Assembly: GCA_965644295.1 (NCBI GenBank)
Contig: CBFFRP010000252.1
Location: 1-43,240 of the forward strand
From: Paraphysomonas bandaiensis
Taxonomy: Eukaryota; Protista; Chrysophyceae
Direction of reading: 5' to 3'
DNA length: 43,240 nucleotides
The notes beneath the pieces are model-generated. The model did no database searches. It worked only from the letters and a program-made list of their open reading frames with translations, and was not told the DNA's origin. A program made the translations under genes and the position numbers. Every line of letters begins with the position of its first letter. The first letter of the stretch is position 1. Of the stretch, positions 7,801 to 18,366 are shown one piece after another.

Positions 7801-8921
7801 TCCGCAGAACTCTCTCTTGCTATTTTCATTTGCTCAAAAAAGTGGTCCTGTAAACGATCAGTGACCTCAGTAGCTGTACAAGCCATGTAAATCTGCTGCT
7901 CCCAATGCTGCAGTGGCTCTGCTATATGAGCGGTGTATCGCTGTTTTGACCATCTGGTGGTATGCACCCTCCGTCGATCTGCGTACTGTTGCAGGATGTC
8001 AAGAGAAATCTTTAGGTCCATAGGATCTCTAGCCCCACGATCCAGGTACAAATGCTCCATATATGTGTCCTCGTTTAGGTCTGGCCGAGGACGCAATCTT
8101 CTATGGCCCAATATTATGCACTTCTCTAATGTGTCTGTGGTGGGTCTCTTTGATCTGAGTATCCCCCTTCTTACTCGGCATCGATAACATAGACCACCCT
8201 GAATTTCCATTGAATTTACCTGGTCCTTACAATCGATACATTGATTTTCCGAGCAATAATAACATATTCCTCCTGCGGTGAGACGCTTGGGATCTGTGAG
8301 TCGCTGACAGATTTGACACCTATCCGCATCTCTACCTAGTTGGTCTGGTCTGCTGGTGTTATATACACCTTGCAATCCAGAGGTGGAATGTAGCACATTG
8401 TGTGCCTCATCCCCTGCGTGAGGTAAGGATGTATAACGACACTCCTTTGCCTCAGCCTCCTTGTTACTTTGTTCCTTGAATGGCAAGGGGTCCATATGCA
8501 ATGGACTATCTCCTGTCGCATCTGCATCAAACGAACAAAAATCATCCTGAGCCCTCAATGGTTGAATAGCGTCCTTACCGAATGCGAGAGGTTTTCGGGC
8601 TGACAAGGGTACCTCCTCCGGACTACTAAGACGATCCACCAGTTCTGGAACAGTCGTTGCTTGACTGTCTGCTTCATGAGTTTCTGTCTCTCTAAAGTCG
8701 TCACTTTGTTTATTGAGAGATGAAATTTCCTTAAAAAATTGAGACACCAACGTCTCTGATTCGACCTCGGACAACCCAAATGCCAAGCCTATATCCCGGA
8801 TTTGATCCTCACTGGCATTGGCAATGGAAGGGTCTAACCCTCCAAGCATAAGCCTGAGGGTCCTTCTCACTGACTCGAATTTAGTAGACTCTTGTGCGCT
8901 ATCAAGAGTCTCCTCCTCCAT
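4851..8921 (-). CDS. gag: Gag-protease polyprotein (twin C4 Zn fingers, CCHC-like knuckle, atypical aspartic protease)
   Basis: 1356-aa ORF upstream of pol; CSRCGLRHSINNAQC knuckle at 6336-6380; protease-like QVDHGSMESLID, IRGIG flap and VIFGGHAL. Confidence 0.85.
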   Translation of the reverse strand: MEEETLDSAQESTKFESVRRTLRLMLGGLDPSIANASEDQIRDIGLAFGLSEVESETLVSQFFKEISSLNKQSDDFRETETHEADSQATTVPELVDRLSSPEEVPLSARKPLAFGKDAIQPLRAQDDFCSFDADATGDSPLHMDPLPFKEQSNKEAEAKECRYTSLPHAGDEAHNVLHSTSGLQGVYNTSRPDQLGRDADRCQICQRLTDPKRLTAGGICYYCSENQCIDCKDQVNSMEIQGGLCYRCRVRRGILRSKRPTTDTLEKCIILGHRRLRPRPDLNEDTYMEHLYLDRGARDPMDLKISLDILQQYADRRRVHTTRWSKQRYTAHIAEPLQHWEQQIYMACTATEVTDRLQDHFFEQMKIARESSAEDISQLAQLVLNRGNGLQLPSNVREWLSRLTVLDNVHELVAEEHIYETAELCMVLNQYLDIRDMAETMWEEADSQLMMRCNLLSKQLSQQNKKFGSWEERTVDSDDESYHSFVSNGSRGSFVSRGSRSADTRSSTSRVLSSRGSRSNSRIYPTEDGRLLDAQAFGCHLQQIGEQHWSLLCNQMRSSRAMRLMSKALPKATPWRREVKEPTLYMKTDDKMRLEKDQSNRYPIERGLRFAVQKARQAKMGLKDLVIQTKNGWCFKGGFKEELQRLSLNRVPEIWDDQEDSQLATEYEFWMRRWVHFCHWAIRNYCPVQTNEQRAKQIEDWAAPDLATPTAVMQLYYELKEVVEHNTPDRQTAQVMEESMRRVVGKEPVWGKSLVAAYDNKITKIERAKSTENWSLSWEEVESIWREIQEEFQQGTLLYIIRPDVQSSKQPDTSKGEGGLRRHHKVHAGIREEPKPSLTPIEIAKLTCSRCGLRHSINNAQCRRITNGKFDPLGFVSETPRNIERNRIYNFWLSRLNKYSQPWSQLPTAQKEEFQAAFRDLTSRWDGGSALHTTFIGGERKKSNSIASSVSSTPQVHWADSDDDSSFSTLDDSIPAHSTDSLSGSRSTKSKSKPKRKVHAAQKVRYLVHTVTPRDESQDTLSMFRVLYDTVDETGKPVQRVGWHQVDHGSMESLIDEECAALLNLKRVRIPKRDRYIIRGIGSQDIAVSWRACLTYTVTAQRVLPVAVLPGEAPLLNNAREQVQLKAWIPIIPNCSMNVIFGGHALRRIKMIDLFDHKLLLFQTNGIQYAMPQFNWNETVTQMASAQDPVVQKCVARHLRENKPQPHKAAVCISKHIPPHSKMRIPVQVGKGAPLGGWIQTLPEVARINSGDDANEPVLQFEDAICTANRPYIWASNHTDDWIHLPGRPRLVVRLQPILLGMQVHNQETVESAMNGSVETEDTTIMPTDDKFQHSDISMLSEENHENVTRLVSSSK

Positions 8922-9238
8922 AATAATAACAATATAATCAAATCACAATGAACGAATATATGTCTACAACTACAATGCTATCTACCAGCAATTTCAAGAG
9001 TAAGGAAATTGCATCTTATTATCAATAATATAAATATGTCTACCTACGATTCCGTGATCAATGGAATGAACATCATTCATATTCAATACCAAACACATCA
9101 GTCTAACACAGTTGATCATAATAACTCATTACAACTGTATAAGGGAAGATACATTCAGTATTCTCATTGTAGTTGAAGCCTGGTATTCGTACTCTTTAGT
9201 ACAATCAATCCCCAATAAGCACTGAAGGAAATACGTAA

Positions 9239-9615
9239 TGTATAACTGTATTACTGGATAATCTGGCAATACACATCTATCAGCGTGGATATCAAACCCG
9301 GAATTCTCCAGTAAACTTCTCCAGCCTTAAAGTCAATATATATATATAATAAGAACATATATATATATCATCCATCATCAGTATCATCATTATGTCTCAT
9401 TATTGATAATCATGTCTTTCTTTGTCTTTTGAATGATTATATAAATATCAATGATAAGCATGAATTGTCATAGTCATAATATATCATATATCTCAGTGTG
9501 AGTTATGGTAATAATAATAATATTCAATCTATGTTTGCACAGATGGTATGTACAAACTTAAGCATATACAATAGAGAGCTTGTAGAATAGAATAACCTGA
9601 TAGCTGGTTATTACA
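9239..9615 (-). repeat. 5' LTR (right boundary firm, left boundary tentative)
   Basis: 9402-9615 matches 1-214; right end TTACA at 9615. Left end guessed from TGTATAAC at 9239, a near inverted repeat of the right end; alternatives are 9136 and 9247. Confidence 0.8.
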
Positions 9616-9638
9616 AGTAATATATGTACATACATATG

Positions 9639-9850
9639 TTATCTACGACAACACCTTCATACAAACATGTACACAGATCTTATCTACGACAACACCTTCA
9701 TACATACATGCACATACATCTTATCTTCGACATCACCTTCATACATACACATACATCTTATCTTCGACATCACCTTCATACATGCATACACATCTTATCT
9801 ACGACATCACCTTCATACATGCATACACATCTTATCTACGACATCACCTT
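9639..9850. repeat. Minisatellite, 6 copies of a 37-41 bp unit
   Basis: Core TTATCT(A/T)CGACA(A/T)CACCTT at about 9639, 9680, 9721, 9758, 9795 and 9832, separated by CATACA-type sequence. Confidence 0.9.
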
Positions 9851-10589
9851 AATCTTGACTAATGATATATGTATACTTCAGTCATATTTACAGGACACAA
9901 CAGATCATTACGAATGATACAGCATTAGGAGTCATATGGTCGACAGGCTCTTCACTGGTTGGGTCGTAAGAGGTGCCCCTCTACCACATACATACACTCT
10001 CACCACCCCCACAACTCATCAACACTCTCATATTACTCATATGTTATCCTTATAGAGGAAGTCCTCATATGGACGATCACCACCAGCTCCATTAACAACA
10101 TCGTCACAGTCTTCTAACGGATACACATGCTTCCACAGCACCATTAATGCAGATAGACCATATAAAATAACATACTCAGGAGCGCATTAGTGGTGAACGC
10201 TTCTGGTTCAGTTGTATGACTATTCAGGGTGCTCCATGCGGTCTATGCATGTATATGTGTGTGGGTGTTCTGTATGTATATGTGTGTATCTGCTGCGGTA
10301 TTATTCATATGATCATACGAGTCTCTCTCCTCATGAGGAGCACACACCACTATACACCACTATGACCACACACTGTTCATAGTCCTCACTCGTGTCTGTG
10401 AGTAGAGGCAGCAGCAGAGCCTCTGAATCATGTACTCGTATATGCATATATCCACATCACATTCACTTCGAAGTCACCCAGAGGTATACTCCCATATACG
10501 CACACGTATACCTATGTATTCCATATACACAGTATACAGAGAATACGTAGCTTCACAGATGCAGCAAAAAGCTTCACATATGCACTCAT

Positions 10590-10591
<2 letters not shown>

Positions 10592-10621
<30 letters not shown>

Positions 10622-10858
10622 TGTATGTATGTACTGTATGTATGTATGTATGTATGTATGTATGTATGTATGTATGTATGTATGTACTGTATGTATGTAT
10701 GTATGTATGTACAATGTATGTATGTATGTATGTATGTATGTATGTATGTATGTATGTATGTATGTATGTATGTATGTATGTATGTATGTATGTATGTACG
10801 TATGTATGTATGTATGTATGAATGTATATGTATGTATGTATGTATGTACGTATGTATA
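10592..10858. repeat. (TATG)n microsatellite
   Basis: Long, slightly imperfect TATG run. Confidence 0.98.
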
Positions 10859-10975
10859 GGTAGGTAGGTACATCAGGAGGTACATATGTGTGTGTATCGC
10901 TCATTCATGATCCTCACAGTTAACTAACAGGAACAACTTAACGACTCCCATCCCATCTCATCTCCTGCAACCACT

Positions 10976-12390
10976 ATGCATACATCACGTAGATACATAC
11001 CCCCTCTATCATCTCATCCAATATTCTTCCTATTCCTCATCCACTGCATATGCTCATACGGTTTCAATGTACTCATAGCACAGCCATATGGATCCATTAA
11101 GAAACTCCGTATCAGTGAAATCCAATTATTCAATCAGGTAACATGAGCTCCCTCATACCACTCATATACATCATATACACACAGGGATATCCTCTGCCGA
11201 TGTCAGCTATACATATACAGTATTATGATACTGACATGAACTCATCCACAGGCGATACACTCATACATCTCATTGATGAGGACCTCACTACATACTTCTC
11301 GATTAATCATGCTAGTAGTCAAGTTCCTACTGTTGAAATATCTTCAGGAAGTTTATTTTTTGATGAGATTGTCATTCATGCTGATCGCGATGCTGTGTAT
11401 GGTGCTGTGATCTCAGTTTCCCAAGATTATGATGTGTTCTGGAATACAACTGTGACTATGAAACACTCCGTGTATATATTTTCTTTCCACGAGCAGGCAA
11501 TTGCAAGTTTTCCAATTAAAATTGTTGATACTTTTTCGTATAATGGTGAACCGGCAGCACTATTCCACGTCCGATATTTATATTCTGCAGTTAATGAGTT
11601 TTTGATTGCAGAGAGCTGGTACACCAACAGCGGCAAGCGCAAACCCTTTCTGTTTTTTCAACAGTCCAAGACACAAAAAGAGTTTGCCCCGTATATGGAT
11701 AAAATTCGTTTTGTAGTGATTGATGAAGTTCCTTCTCGACCATCTGATTGGATCGACCCGCAAGAGCACTTCTGGATCCTGCCTGAGAGCTACGATTCGT
11801 TTTGGAGCGATCACTATCAACGCCAGTACATAAAGCAGTATGTCGATCCTGCTGTTAAGGCTTTATTTATATGTGTTGACGCGGATGAAGTAATAGATAC
11901 TGGAATAGTGGCAAAGTTTCGTAATTCCGATTTGTACGATGAATTTCGTCAGAAGGTTCGACTGGAACAAAGGTTATTTTACTACAATTTCAAGTGGTTA
12001 CATAGTCGTATATGGCTTCACCCCTTTGTACTTAATACGGAAGCTTTTCTGGCAGAGCCAAATATGATACAAGCTCGAGCCCATTACTTATATGACGACT
12101 CTTTAGATAGGGATTATATTATACTAAGAGCTGGGTGGCATTTGAGCTATTTCATGTCTGTTGATGATGTCGTGCGGAAAATAGAATCTGTAGCACACAG
12201 AGAAATGGATACAGAAGCTGCTAAATCCCGAGAAAATGTTATAGAATGTATGTTGGAAGGGAGGGATTTGTATAATCGAACGGCTCTGTTGTACAGCGCC
12301 TATGATTTTGACGGAGAATCTCACTTGCTACCTGATGGGTGGGAATGGTTTCAAGAATACGTGTTACGGTTACAAGGCTTGACTTATTGA
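10976..12390 (+). CDS. Glycosyltransferase family 17 (MGAT3/GnT-III-like); exons 10976-11137 and 11185-12390
   Basis: Motifs DTFSYNGE, ESWYTNSGKRKP, YQR, DADEVI, GWHLSYF, KIESVAH; upstream exon with a hydrophobic N-terminus joined in frame by a 47-nt GT..AG intron. Confidence 0.85.
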
Positions 12391-12470
12391 GTAAATCAAG
12401 CTTTAACGTAAGTGTTATGTTCGTTTGTTCAGTGGCGTTGTGTTTTCTCCACAATATACTGTGTACTTCA

Positions 12471-12706
12471 CAGGCCTGCGTAACAATTAATTATTAATTA
12501 ATTTGCCCAAGTTGTAGTCTACTATAATTGCTATTAATCCTTGCTATTCCATTTTATTGCATTGCATTTAATTGATACTAAACTACGTACGTAGATGCCT
12601 ATACATTAGCTGCCAACATAGCTCGCTCAACTGTCATTTCACTCCAGATGTGACGATTCATACGTAAAAACATAATTAATTAAGTGTTACGCATTACGCA
12701 GCCATG
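12471..12706. mobile_element. MITE, probably hAT-derived (236 bp)
   Basis: Imperfect TIRs CAGGCCTGCGTAA / CATGGCTGCGTAA (reverse complement), both followed by TTAATTA runs; 8-bp flanks GTACTTCA and GTACTTTA (7/8 match). Confidence 0.7.
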
Positions 12707-13110
12707 GTACTTTAGTATAATAGTGAATGTCTAATTATTTAGCAATAGGCGTTGAGACCTTGCATCAATTAGTGGCTAGGTACTTTAGTATATACGTGTT
12801 GAAGAATTTGGATTCAATGGTCATAAGCAATCGAATATTAGTCGGTAGATTTTTATATATCTTGCAATCTTATAATGGATTATTTCTCTCCTCTATATGA
12901 GTGGGAAAAAAAACAATATAATGCGCTATCAAACATAGAAAATGACTACTTATTATAGACACTGTGTAAATCTAAAATGTAATGAATAATAGCTGCATGT
13001 CAATTTTGCATTGTAATATTCAACTATATCTTGCTACCACGAAATCCAATAGATATTTTTATAGTTTATAGCCATAATCATGGCGGCGTATGCTACGTCA
13101 TCGGCATTAG

Positions 13111-13957
13111 CAGGGCCAGTCAAAAATATATTGGATTGCAATATATTGCAATTATTTATTTTTGCTCGCTCCAATATATTGATTATTATTTTAGCAAAAT
13201 TTGGCCTCGCAATATATTGCAATATATTGATATATATTGCTCATGCTTGTGTGTCTTGGAAAATATGTTTGATTAAGCATAAATTACTCTTCATAATCAC
13301 ATAACTCTTCATCTCAAGATACCTGCAACAAAGAACGGTATTCATGTTCGATATTAGAATTCGTCTTGATGTGTTTTGATCGACGCATTCCTCTGAGTTC
13401 ATTGTTTCATTAAGTAAACAATTCGTAAACGTGGAAAAACTAGGGTTTTTACACTATTACTGTAGAAATGTTTAGAAAACTAGGATTTTTACACTATTAC
13501 TGTTGAAATGTTTAGAAAACTAGGATTTTACAGTATAGCTGTAGAAATGTTTCAAATTTTCTACACACTTGCGACAAGGAATGACCCCACGACGCCTCGA
13601 ACTGCTGCTGTTTCTTCGCTTCAACAAGCACTTGTGGACCGCAAAGACAGTGCAACAGGTCATCGATCATGGACCGTCCGATCAGGACAAGAATGAGGAC
13701 GACAGTGACGAAGATTTGGAACACTTAGAGTACTAGTTGCTGCATTTTTATTGGGTATTCATCATTATGTTGTAACCTCTACTAACTAGTTACTGCCGAT
13801 CGAGCTCATTTCTTCTTCTTAGCCCCCAATATATATCAATATATTGCAATATATTGCAGCATATTTAATCATTATTATTGGTCTTGAAAATATTATTATT
13901 ATTATTATTATTTATTTTTGCTAGCAATATATTGCAATATATTGTTGACTGGCCCTG
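13111..13957. mobile_element. Non-autonomous hAT-type DNA transposon (847 bp)
   Basis: TIR CAGGGCCAGTCAA(A/C)AATATATTG; perfect 8-bp TSD GGCATTAG (13103-13110 and 13958-13965); subterminal CAATATATTG palindromes; internal ~39-bp tandem repeat x3 at about 13436-13552. Confidence 0.92.
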
Positions 13958-14240
13958 GGCATTAGAGTACGTATATAGTAGAAGATGTGCTAATACTATA
14001 GGGCACCAAGGCCTCGATTCCTTTTCGAGTAACACATCAGCATTTAATATTTTATTAATCCTGAACATCAAACGCAGCTTCCGCAGCCGTCAAATACAAC
14101 ACTAGAACTAATTTCGTGAGCTGACGATTGAATCCATAGTACATATACTACTCTGTCCATCACGTGTAAAATCGTAGTACTGTTTGTTGCCTATTAATAT
14201 TTGCATAGCACACAATTATACCTTCACGTGATATTATAGG

Positions 14241-17200
14241 CTACAGCTTTTTGGCCACAGTTGTGTCAAGATGAATACAGGAGCAAGCCCCCATAAGCAC
14301 TTCAGGGAGTTCATTTTCATCATTACCCTGAGATTAAACGAGTCACTTGTATATAATACACCTCCAGTATAAAAATCCAGTATATTGTAGATGTAACCAT
14401 GCACAGAGTAGTAATACCTGCAAGCAAAAACCCATATCGACAACAATAGCTTTCGAGTAACCAATAGCAATGCCCACGGTGTGCCTATCCAAAATATATC
14501 GTATTACTATATATAGTGAAAATATATATACAAGATCATTGCGTAAGGACCTAAAAGTGTTGCCAACACAGCAGTACTGTACATATCAAACGGAATACAC
14601 AATTAGGTACGTACTTTGCCACACTAGATGACCCAACATCAACATCGAGTTCGAAATAATTATCTCCCTGCAGAGAAGTTATTGATTATCAGCACAACGA
14701 GGTTTCAAGATGTCTACAAGTATTTCCAAAAGCTTACCCTATAATAATACTGCTTAAGCTTGTTCCCTAGAAGAGTTGGAGTGTCTTTCACTGCCATTTT
14801 TACAACCATATTCCCATCTACCACCTTGGGAATCAATTTAAAACGGTTGTTTCTGAAGTCATCGTCGTTGCCAAAGAAAAAAGGATAAGCTACTCTACCA
14901 AAAGGTGTATCCTCCTCGAATAATTTCTGCGCATACATGTCACTTAACTAATAGTAACACACTGCTATAGCATTCGCACCTTATCGCCTTCAAAATAGGC
15001 GACGAACGATATGAATGGTGGGCCAGGGACCTAAATTCACGACACACTCATTCGAGGCATTCTACTTTGCAATAAATTTACCATGATGTTAACCACAAAA
15101 ACCCACGTATCTTCCCCTCTCTGCAGGGCTTGGAAAACTCTACATGCATCACAATATAAAATTAGATACCTCAAGCCTCTCTTTACGCAAAGTATCAGTT
15201 ATATAACGTATATCGTATTAAGCAACAAATATTGAAGTGAAACACCCATCTACAACAACGTGCCTAACTTGACGAACCTATTGCGTGGATGGGCTGCTAT
15301 ATTTCGTGTCGTATCAGGAACCTCAAAGAGATCAACAGCCACCAGCTTGAATACGGCAGGCGCAGAGGCTTCTTTAACTTTATCCTGTACAACGCATATT
15401 GTAAGGCATGACTTCGAATGTGCATACATATATGACAAATTACTTGCGCAAATATGATAAAATACAATTATAATGCACACAGGCAGAAAATAAACAATAA
15501 TCACAACTGTGAACGTCTTTTGCCTGAATATATGTGCTGCCTCTGACTCTAAATGTCGATGAATCTGGGTTGCCCCACATTTCAAGGGGGAGGGTAGGTG
15601 CTGGGGTGTTACCAATAGTCGGCTCTTCAGCTGAATCTTAAGATATGAGTTGATGACGGTAAATTTCGCACATTTCAATACATACTTGCACCGGAATCTG
15701 CGGTAGACGCTGCCAGGGAAAGCCCAGCAGCACTGACATCAGATTTCTCCGTCGACGCTTCAAATTGGACCTATACACTCCATTAGAATAAGCACAAATA
15801 TACAAGCAGCACATCACATAATTAGGTGACATAAGGGCAACAGACCTGCATGAATCGTTCTGCATTTACAGAATCTCGAATGTCGCACACGTGCAGTATA
15901 AACTGTACACCAGTACATGTTAGCAACCGAAGGCAGGACACGAAGAACTAATACAGTCACTTTAATAGCCTAACAACACACCTCTTGAAGCATACGAGTT
16001 TTGTATCCACCAAACTCCCATATCCACCCTCTTGGATCATACTGCATCAACTCATCATCAGCATGACATCGTAAGACATAGATTCAAGATCTCAACAATT
16101 CAGACATGTTAATGCTGCATGCACTGCTAGGTGAACAACTGCATTGAAGGTGTACCCTATACAGAGACAAAGTTCGCTCCAATCGTTGGGTCATACCTGT
16201 CCAATGAATGTCAGTAAGCTTTCAGCTTGGTATTCGTCATTGTCAATGTCCTAAACAGAGTAGAATTAGCACAATGAGCCGGGAATTGTAAGTCCAAGAC
16301 AGATCACCTTGGGAGGTGTAAGGATATATACACCGTGCAGCTGTCCCCTATACATAAGAAACATTTTGTCATTGCTATAACTAACAGCACCAAAAGCGCC
16401 GCGATCATACTGTGTCTACCTACCGCACGTATTCGGATCCCACAGGGTATTCTCTGTGCTCCACGGAATCCAAGCATATTACATAGCTTCCATCGGCATT
16501 GTGCTTCCAGTACCTTGCCAATAGCAAGTCTCGCGGCGCTGAAAAATCATGTCAAAACGTTCACAAGGATGTGCTACCGAATTGCCATACTCAGTTGTTT
16601 AATTCCAGAACACCATACTTATTCATAGCATATGACGAAAAAAGTGCACACAATGTATATCAGCAATATATAACACGCAATCACTACATACGCAGTAAAA
16701 TTACATACCCGTATACGTAGGATATATATACTGCGAATCGAGCTGCATATACACGATATCTGTTTGATTATCCATGCTCTCAACCACTCGAAAACTCCGT
16801 ATAATACCGGTCAAACATGCAGGTGGCATATTCATCAGAGTAATGAACACATCAGAAGTAGAGGCATTCATTCCGACATTTACACGTAACAAAGGTAGTG
16901 CAGGAGAGCTGGTAGACGGTACATTGGTTGGTCCCTCAGCCCTAGGACGAGAAGAATCACTGGGTTCAAAATCTTGTTCGTATACACGGGTCCCATGAAG
17001 TACTGTGTTCAGCTTCCATCGAGACCAACGGACCCACTGTTCAACTACTTGAAGGCGTTGTTCAGGAGGGGCATTACGGCTAACACCACCGGGATCAAGG
17101 CCACGTATAAAGGGAAAGTCATGTAATGATTCTCCTAGCTCTCTGATTTGGCTCTCGATTGCATGTGTCCATCGTTCCGCATCTCCATAGGTGTCACATG

Positions 17201-17774
17201 CCAGTGTAAGAAACTTTTCCTTCTCTCCTGACCGTTGAGTAATTGCTGCAGCTCCGCCGCCAGCTGCAGCACCCATGCCGACTACTACCATCCCTGCAAC
17301 CAATCCGACACCGGCTGTTAGTGCTCCTACCACCACGCCTCCAACCGCCAAAGCTGCAATTTTGCCAGCAGACATCGACGCCCCTGACCCAGCGTTTCCA
17401 CTTCGACGGCGGTGACTATGTTTTCGCCCTTTTCGGAGTGCAAGGACATCAGAAGGAGTTATATCCTCCTCGGCCTCTTCATCCAATGGCCAAATAATTC
17501 GAAACAAAAATTGTTTCCGCTTTTTATTAATATCAGATCGAATTTCAGATACTTTACAGGTAGGTTGCAAGACGAATACTCCTTTTGGCTCCTAAATTAC
17601 GAAACATTACATATGAACGCCATAAAGTTGTCTTAATAATACCAAATCAGCAGACTTTATGAAATAAAATAAAGAGGGTCCTCGAAGAACAAAGTATCTC
17701 TCAGCCCATAAATTAGCTCTACTTCCTTTCTTACGAAGCCAACCTTCTCTCACTATACCAGAGTCGAATTCCAT
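14241..17774 (-). CDS. EDR2: EDR2-like protein (PH + START + DUF1336/EDR2_C), multi-exon
   Basis: N-terminal PH (MEFDSGIVREGWLRKKGSRANLWAERYFVL); START-like FRVVESMDNQTDIVY; C-terminal RNNRFKLIPKVVDG, TPTLLGNKLKQ, NYFELDVDVGSS, ELPEVLMG. Internal exon limits not all resolved. Confidence 0.85.
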
Positions 17775-18366
17775 TCAGTATAGTCTAGTATCTAGTTTCT
17801 ATGTATGTATCCTGTGAATATCTCTACTGTTACTATATATTAATATCTATGAACTTTCTCAGCAATCGTAGTGTCTGGTAGTATGACCGAGATCACTAAG
17901 ATAGTTCAAAAGATTGCTGGATAGTCAAATAATGAGATGATGTTACTGTATGTAAACACTGGGATGGTTTGCTATGAGGTGTGTGCAGTACACCACGACC
18001 AAAACTTCTACTACGATCATACGCATAATATTGATATGAGAGGTCTACCCCAGGCTATCCGTATCCTTCTGTACCGGCCGTCTGTTAAGGAAATCTCCCG
18101 TTTTTATTATATGGTATGGTGTGTACTGTATTCCAGCACTGTATTCTGTACTTCCAACATATATTTTCCCAATGATTCAATATCTTCGGCCTGTGATTGG
18201 ATATTACGAGTGACTTCTATTTGCCCGTTGTAGCTTTGACTTCTTGAACACACTTCATTCTTTAACTATAGATAGTTGTGTAGAGTTAACGTGATGTATA
18301 TGCATATATATGAGGGAATGAAGGCTCCTAACTGTATATATATATGACTGATACTTTAACAGTGTC

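Larger units (their letters stand above)
1..9615 (-). mobile_element. Ty3/Gypsy LTR retrotransposon carrying a SET domain (3' LTR truncated by window start)
   Basis: Direct repeats 1-214 = 9402-9615; LTR begins TGTAATAACC on the minus strand; PPT next to the 3' LTR; gag-PR and RT-RH-(SET)-IN ORFs in Gypsy order. Confidence 0.96.

Noticed and set aside
9639-9850. CRISPR array
   Set aside because: Inter-repeat segments are short and similar to each other, there are no cas genes, and the context is eukaryotic
10430-10904. MYVC/HTYI-repeat ORFs
   Set aside because: Translations of the (TATG)n microsatellite
13031-14105. Short ORFs overlapping the hAT element
   Set aside because: AT-rich palindromic repeats with no transposase motifs
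17937-18233. 98-aa ORF between the EDR2-like and POLL genes
   Set aside because: Lies in a divergent promoter region, has no motifs and looks non-coding
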